Source of the DNA: Chrysomallon squamiferum | Lineage: Eukaryota > Animalia > Mollusca | Direction of reading: 5' to 3' | NCBI GenBank assembly: GCA_012295275.1 | Contig: CM022670.1 | Location: 28,830,001-28,894,000, forward strand | Length of the DNA: 64,000 nt | Part shown: positions 57,925 through 64,000 of the stretch, one piece after another | Position numbering within the stretch: position 1 is the first letter of the stretch | How the letters are laid out: each line of letters starts with the position of its first letter | The notes under the pieces: generated by a model | Seen by the model: the letters and a program-made list of their open reading frames with translations, nothing else | What the model was told of the DNA's origin: nothing | Databases searched by the model: none | Made by a program: the position numbers and the translations under genes

Positions 57925-59843
57925 CAGCAGCAGCAGCAGCAGTAGCAGTAGTAGTAATAAATAAATAAATAATATTTTGAATTTAATTTAATTAAATTTA
58001 GAGAAATATTGTTTACGAATATCTGAATGATCTATTGAAGACGCCATGATAAACCTACGTGCTTTCTTTTTCTTTTCCTTTTTTTATGGCCAACAAGGAC
58101 CTCGCAGTTGACCTTGCCCTTCTCTTCACTCGAGTCAAAATTAATTCCCTACCAGGTGTGTTCCTTAACACAAACCTGGGAAACAACCTGCGCGTGTTTC
58201 CTTATAAACCTCTATGACACAGGATGACAGCTGTCGAGTTTTTCTCCGAGTTTTCTCAAACAGTACGAATATTCCAGTAACTAGAATAATATTAACCGTG
58301 AAAATGTTATCGAACTTAACAATGATCATTTAAACATTATTATTTTTTTTTTTTTTTTTTTTTAAAGTTGAATATATAATCTATTTCAGGTGACTGCATT
58401 ATTTTTAATTATGTTTATGAATTGTATTTATATAAACTTGCAATTATAGTGAAGGCAATAATTTGCTCACAAGTTTAGGATGACTCATTTATTTTATGAT
58501 GTTCATTTAAAATAGTCTACTCTATTTTAAAAAACATGAACCCGTACTCAATCTTACTGCTTGTTGATAGTAGATGTATATTTCTAAATATATTCGTTAT
58601 TTATTTATTTATTTATTTATTCTGTTTTTCATGTTGTTTCCAGTTAATTTTAAATATCAGTGAAACAGACATGTATGCGTTTAGACTTGGAACTGCAGCA
58701 AGGTTCTTCGTGAGTTCCTTTCTCTATAAATAAATAATACAGGTAATATTATACATTGTACTTGTAACTAAACGAATATAAGGGCATTTGATGATATCTT
58801 AATACATTTTAATTAATACTGATTGGAATTTAATTAGGTATCGCACGTAACTTGTATGCAGTTTTGCTAAAAAAAAAACATGAAACGAACAGAAAATATT
58901 ATTTACAAGTAAATCTTGAAGGAAAAAATAAGAACAAAGTACTTTTCAGTCCATGAAATTCTCAGGAGAGGTGAACCTGTCTAACCATTGCTGACAATAT
59001 GATGAATATAGTTATAAACAGAGATGGAGAGAAAACAGACGAAGTGACGGTGGTGGTGATGATGATAATGATCATGTTCTTAGCCGTCATCATATGAATA
59101 TACGAGTTTCATTAATGAATTTATATTATATATGCCCTCTAGTTGTAATATTTTCATTGCTGGACGTTAGTTTTATTTACAAGATGCACAGTCTTCGTTA
59201 AATCGTCCATCATTTTCTGAAAATTATATAAATTTTGAAAGAATTTATCTTTTGTATTACTTAATAGATATTCTAAATAATTATTACTTATATTTCCACA
59301 CGTCTCTACTTTAATTAGCTTTTACTAAAAATGTCCAAAAAATATATCTACTGGACTTTCAGTATCACTAAAGGCATGCGAAATTTATTGTCTATTTCAA
59401 TTTTTGTTGAGAATCCAGGCTTCAGGTTTAACGTTTGATTGCTTAAAAGTCCTGAAAATTGTGGCGCTATTATCAAAGAAACATCGACATTATGTTTAAC
59501 TGCAGGCGATAAATACAAAACAACTGGATCATTCCCATTAAGCTGAGGATTGTCTGCTGTCCTGGTTCTAGATTGAATAATCTGTTTTAATTTTCTTGTT
59601 ATCTACCTACCTACCTACTACCTATCTATCTACCTACACCTATCTGTCTATCTATGTATGTATGTATGTAGTATGTATATAGTGGACAATAGTGGATTCT
59701 GCAAAATAAAACGAAAGATAAACCTAAGTGAGGTGTAGATTTTTACTTCAGACGACTAAATGTTTGCGAAAATGGATAAATATTTAGTTTCAAATTTACA
59801 AACATATATGATCTTAAAATTTCAAAGTGTACCTTTGCAGCAA

Positions 59844-59883
<40 letters not shown>

Positions 59884-60185
59884 TATAAAGATGATAATAA
59901 TAATAATAATCTTAAAAGAATGAAAGAAAAAAGCAACATCGAACAAAGATCAACAACAACAAAAAACACTATATAAAATCATTATATCAAATAATAAAAG
60001 GAGTGTGGAAAATCAACACAAAAAAATAAAATAAAATAAAAAATAAAAAACCACAGGCATGAAAAAAATGACTAAATATTAGTTAAAATTTCATTATTTA
60101 TCTCGTTTGAGTTTGTTATTTCCTATTTCGTTATATATATATTTGTTTCTATCGTTATCTATCTTATGAACATTAAGTATTTCAA

Positions 60186-60221
<36 letters not shown>

Positions 60222-60999
60222 TACTTGTGAATAAAGCCAAGTAGAGTCTAAAACTTCTTTACTCGTTCACTTTGTAAAATACGGTAATATAGACTGCTTA
60301 GTTTTTTTTGTAAAACATGGCTAGTTTTCTTTTAGTTTCTACCTGTCTTCGAGTAAATAATGTCTGCTTTTTATAATACATGTCACTATATATATATAAA
60401 AGACTGGATTGGTTTAATGAGCTTATTATGGCATTTTTCTTCTTTTAGTTTTCTTTCTTTTTTTTCGATTCTTATATATTTCCAGTACAACAATGTACGT
60501 ATCTGCCTACTTTATTATCATTAAATATATCATATTTTAAAGGAATCGACTGTTTTATAAAATGAAAGAAAAAGATATATGTACACGTGACTGATCCTTT
60601 CACAATTTCCTGACTATGAAAAGAAAAGTAATATAATATAAGTAAATCGGATTTAGTATTCAAGGGAAATATCAAAAATCATATCAGAATTTTTTTTTTA
60701 TTCTTCTTCTTTACTAGAACAAAACGGAGAATACAAAGTAAATTAATAAGCGAGGATAATAAAATATAAATCTTCTTTATGTCGAAGATATTAAAAAAAC
60801 CAAATAGCTCCTTAGAAATAATTTATAATCTTTTCAATTAGCCTTTGATTTGTTGATTTTATTGTTGCTGTTGTTGTGATATATATTTTCGTGAAACCAG
60901 CCTTGCTCAGTCTTCGGTTTGTTCCCACATATGTGTGTAAGTACGTATGTATGTGCATGGTTTTATTTCATGTTCTATTTTTTATTTTATTTTTTGGTT

Positions 61000-61042
<43 letters not shown>

Positions 61043-61886
61043 AGTACGTTTGCGTATGTGCATGTGTGTTCGTCTATTTTTGTATATATGCGAATCACAG
61101 AAAACTTTATTATCTACTTTTCCAGAGCGACTTTAACTTTCTAAACAACGGTTGTCGCCCCTAATGCAAACAGTTCTGAATCGTCCGGCCCCAGTGTCAG
61201 TTAGTTAACATTGTTAATGTTAGATTAAGAAAAACAAACAAAATAACTTAAAAACATGTTCCAAAAATATTATCTTGAACTATCACCTATAATAATTTCA
61301 TTTTTAAGTTATTTAATAATAAAGACATCTGAATGTGTGCGTGTGTGTGTATGTGCGTGTACACATACATACATACGTATATAAAAACAAACACAAATAC
61401 ACTGACACAAGTATGCATAAATGAATATATCAGTAGGTAAAAAAAAAAAACACTGATAGATATATTATTATAGATATAAAGAAATATACATAATACATAA
61501 ATACATACATACACACATACAGTCAGACAGACATATAGGCATACATACATATATACATAAACATACATACACACATATACATACACACATATACATACAC
61601 ACATATACATACACACATATACATACACACATATACATACACACACATACATACATACATACACAGACAGACAAACCAAGACAAACACATATAAAGGAAC
61701 ACAGAACAGAGACACACACATACCAGAGACACAAAGAAATATGCAGACATTGTGAAATATAACAGTGTTTAATAGCTGATTAGACTGTCTTGTGCTACGT
61801 AATATAACATAAGGTACTCGTGTTATTTATGTGACAAGTGAACGACGTCTCAACAGTTGCCGTTCGTCATCGAATCTTCAGTGTAG

Positions 61887-61939
61887 TATATAAAGAGACA
61901 AAGTCAAAACAAGCTTATCTCCGATACGAACAAAGTAAG
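61887..61939 (+). promoter_or_regulatory. TATA box (TATATAAA 61887-61894) and probable short non-coding first exon ending at donor AAG|GTAAGT (61939/61940)
   Basis: Consensus TATA and consensus donor about 1 kb upstream of the acceptor at 62971, which directly precedes the ATG. Confidence 0.6.
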
Positions 61940-62178
61940 GTAAGTTGTTCATACGTCATTTTGTTCTGTTTTGAGACAACCTTTTTATCACGGCATTAGA
62001 ACTCTAGTTGTCTTATTTAAATTATTTTCCAATACTATGTATATATACTATCACGTATAGAAAAATAAATAATTAAATATTTAGAAAAGACGTTTTAAAG
62101 ATTGATAGATTAATAATAATGGTTATAGGCATGCTTCTTCTTCTTGTTCTTCTTCTTCTTCTTCTTCATCTTCTTCTT

Positions 62179-62209
<31 letters not shown>

Positions 62210-62976
62210 TTATTATTATTATTATTATTATTACCTTGTATTAGTTATTTTTCATAAACTTTTGTCCATCACTGCTATATTAGAATGTTCTTCATTATAT
62301 TTTTAGCAGTAAATAATTCCGTTATATATCTTATAAAGTTTGTGTAAGAATTTGTCGTAAGTCTGCAGAATAGCGATGTAGTTAAACACGGTAATTTGGA
62401 TGGGAATTAGTGAGCAACTTTATAATTTTAAATAAAAATGGTGAAACTCGTGCTTGGTATTACATGATCTTTATCTGTTACACGACTAGTCGCTTTAAAG
62501 TATATCTATTTATTAATTTTAACTTTTATCTGAATAAGACAAAATTATATATACATTTGTGACCAGTTATTTCATATATTTTCTTTATTACATACTGGAA
62601 AATTGTTTTTCACTTTAATATAAAATTTATATCACAACGGTTCTGATTTTGGTGCTAAAGACTGTTATAGACTGTTCTTGCTTTCTTACTAACGTCTGTA
62701 GCAAACTAATTCTGACTTTGTAATCAAACTTGTATCAATCCACTTCGAATTATCTTCTGACTACAGCTAAAGGTGATGGCAAAACAGTTCTTTTATCACT
62801 AAATGTTATGATAACTATTTCTTACTTTCTGCTTAAATTAGTGGCAAACTGTTTTTGATGTGGAGTTGTCATTTAACAGTGTGGCACACTAGTTTAGACT
62901 TTGTAATAAGTTTTATAGATAATTAAAAAACATGGTATTAATTTACACATTTTGTTCATCTTTCTTTACAGACATC

Positions 62977-63666
<690 letters not shown>

Positions 63667-63777
63667 AGCTGACAGTGAAAAAATTAGTTTTGTTCTGTTT
63701 AAGTAGTAATATAATAAACTTCTGTTGTTGTTATGATTTTTGTTTTTGTTTATTTATAACATACCCCAACCCGCAAC

Positions 63778-63830
<53 letters not shown>

Positions 63831-64000
63831 TAATAAGAAATAAATGAATAAATAAATAATAAAATAGAAATAAATTAAAAATTAAAAATAAATAAATAAA
63901 TAATGATGATGATATCGTGCTGTGATAAAATACCGGTATAGTGAAATTTATGGCAGCCCATTTGTTTGTACTCAGCAAATAGTTTATTTTAAATTATTTT

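Overview
AT-rich, microsatellite-rich animal genomic DNA with spliceosomal introns. The repeat style and gene content suggest a lophotrochozoan, probably a mollusc (inference). Most long ORFs in the supplied track are artefacts of simple repeats. Main contents in order: (1) 1-12910, about 2.1 tandem copies of a ~6.08 kb unit carrying a dead minus-strand Ulp1/C48-protease gene; (2) a tandem array of 14 exon-like cassettes, mostly 82-84 nt, with conserved splice signals (3271-4142, 9349-10220, 13090-16220), many holding a 21-codon micro-ORF; (3) a GT-rich low-complexity block; (4) a disabled plus-strand gene with the architecture signal peptide-GON-4xTSP1-TM-tail, whose 5' part occurs twice around an N gap (probably haplotype duplication) and whose intron after coding exon 8 holds ~11.5 kb of a 31-bp satellite built on the CRE palindrome TGACGTCA; (5) a Tc1 relic, a 3' DDX49-like gene fragment, a 70-bp tandem array and a Charlie/Buster-type hAT relic; (6) an apparently intact small gene for a 93-aa secreted Gly/Met/Tyr-rich protein. 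All translations and alignments were done by eye and no database searches were run.
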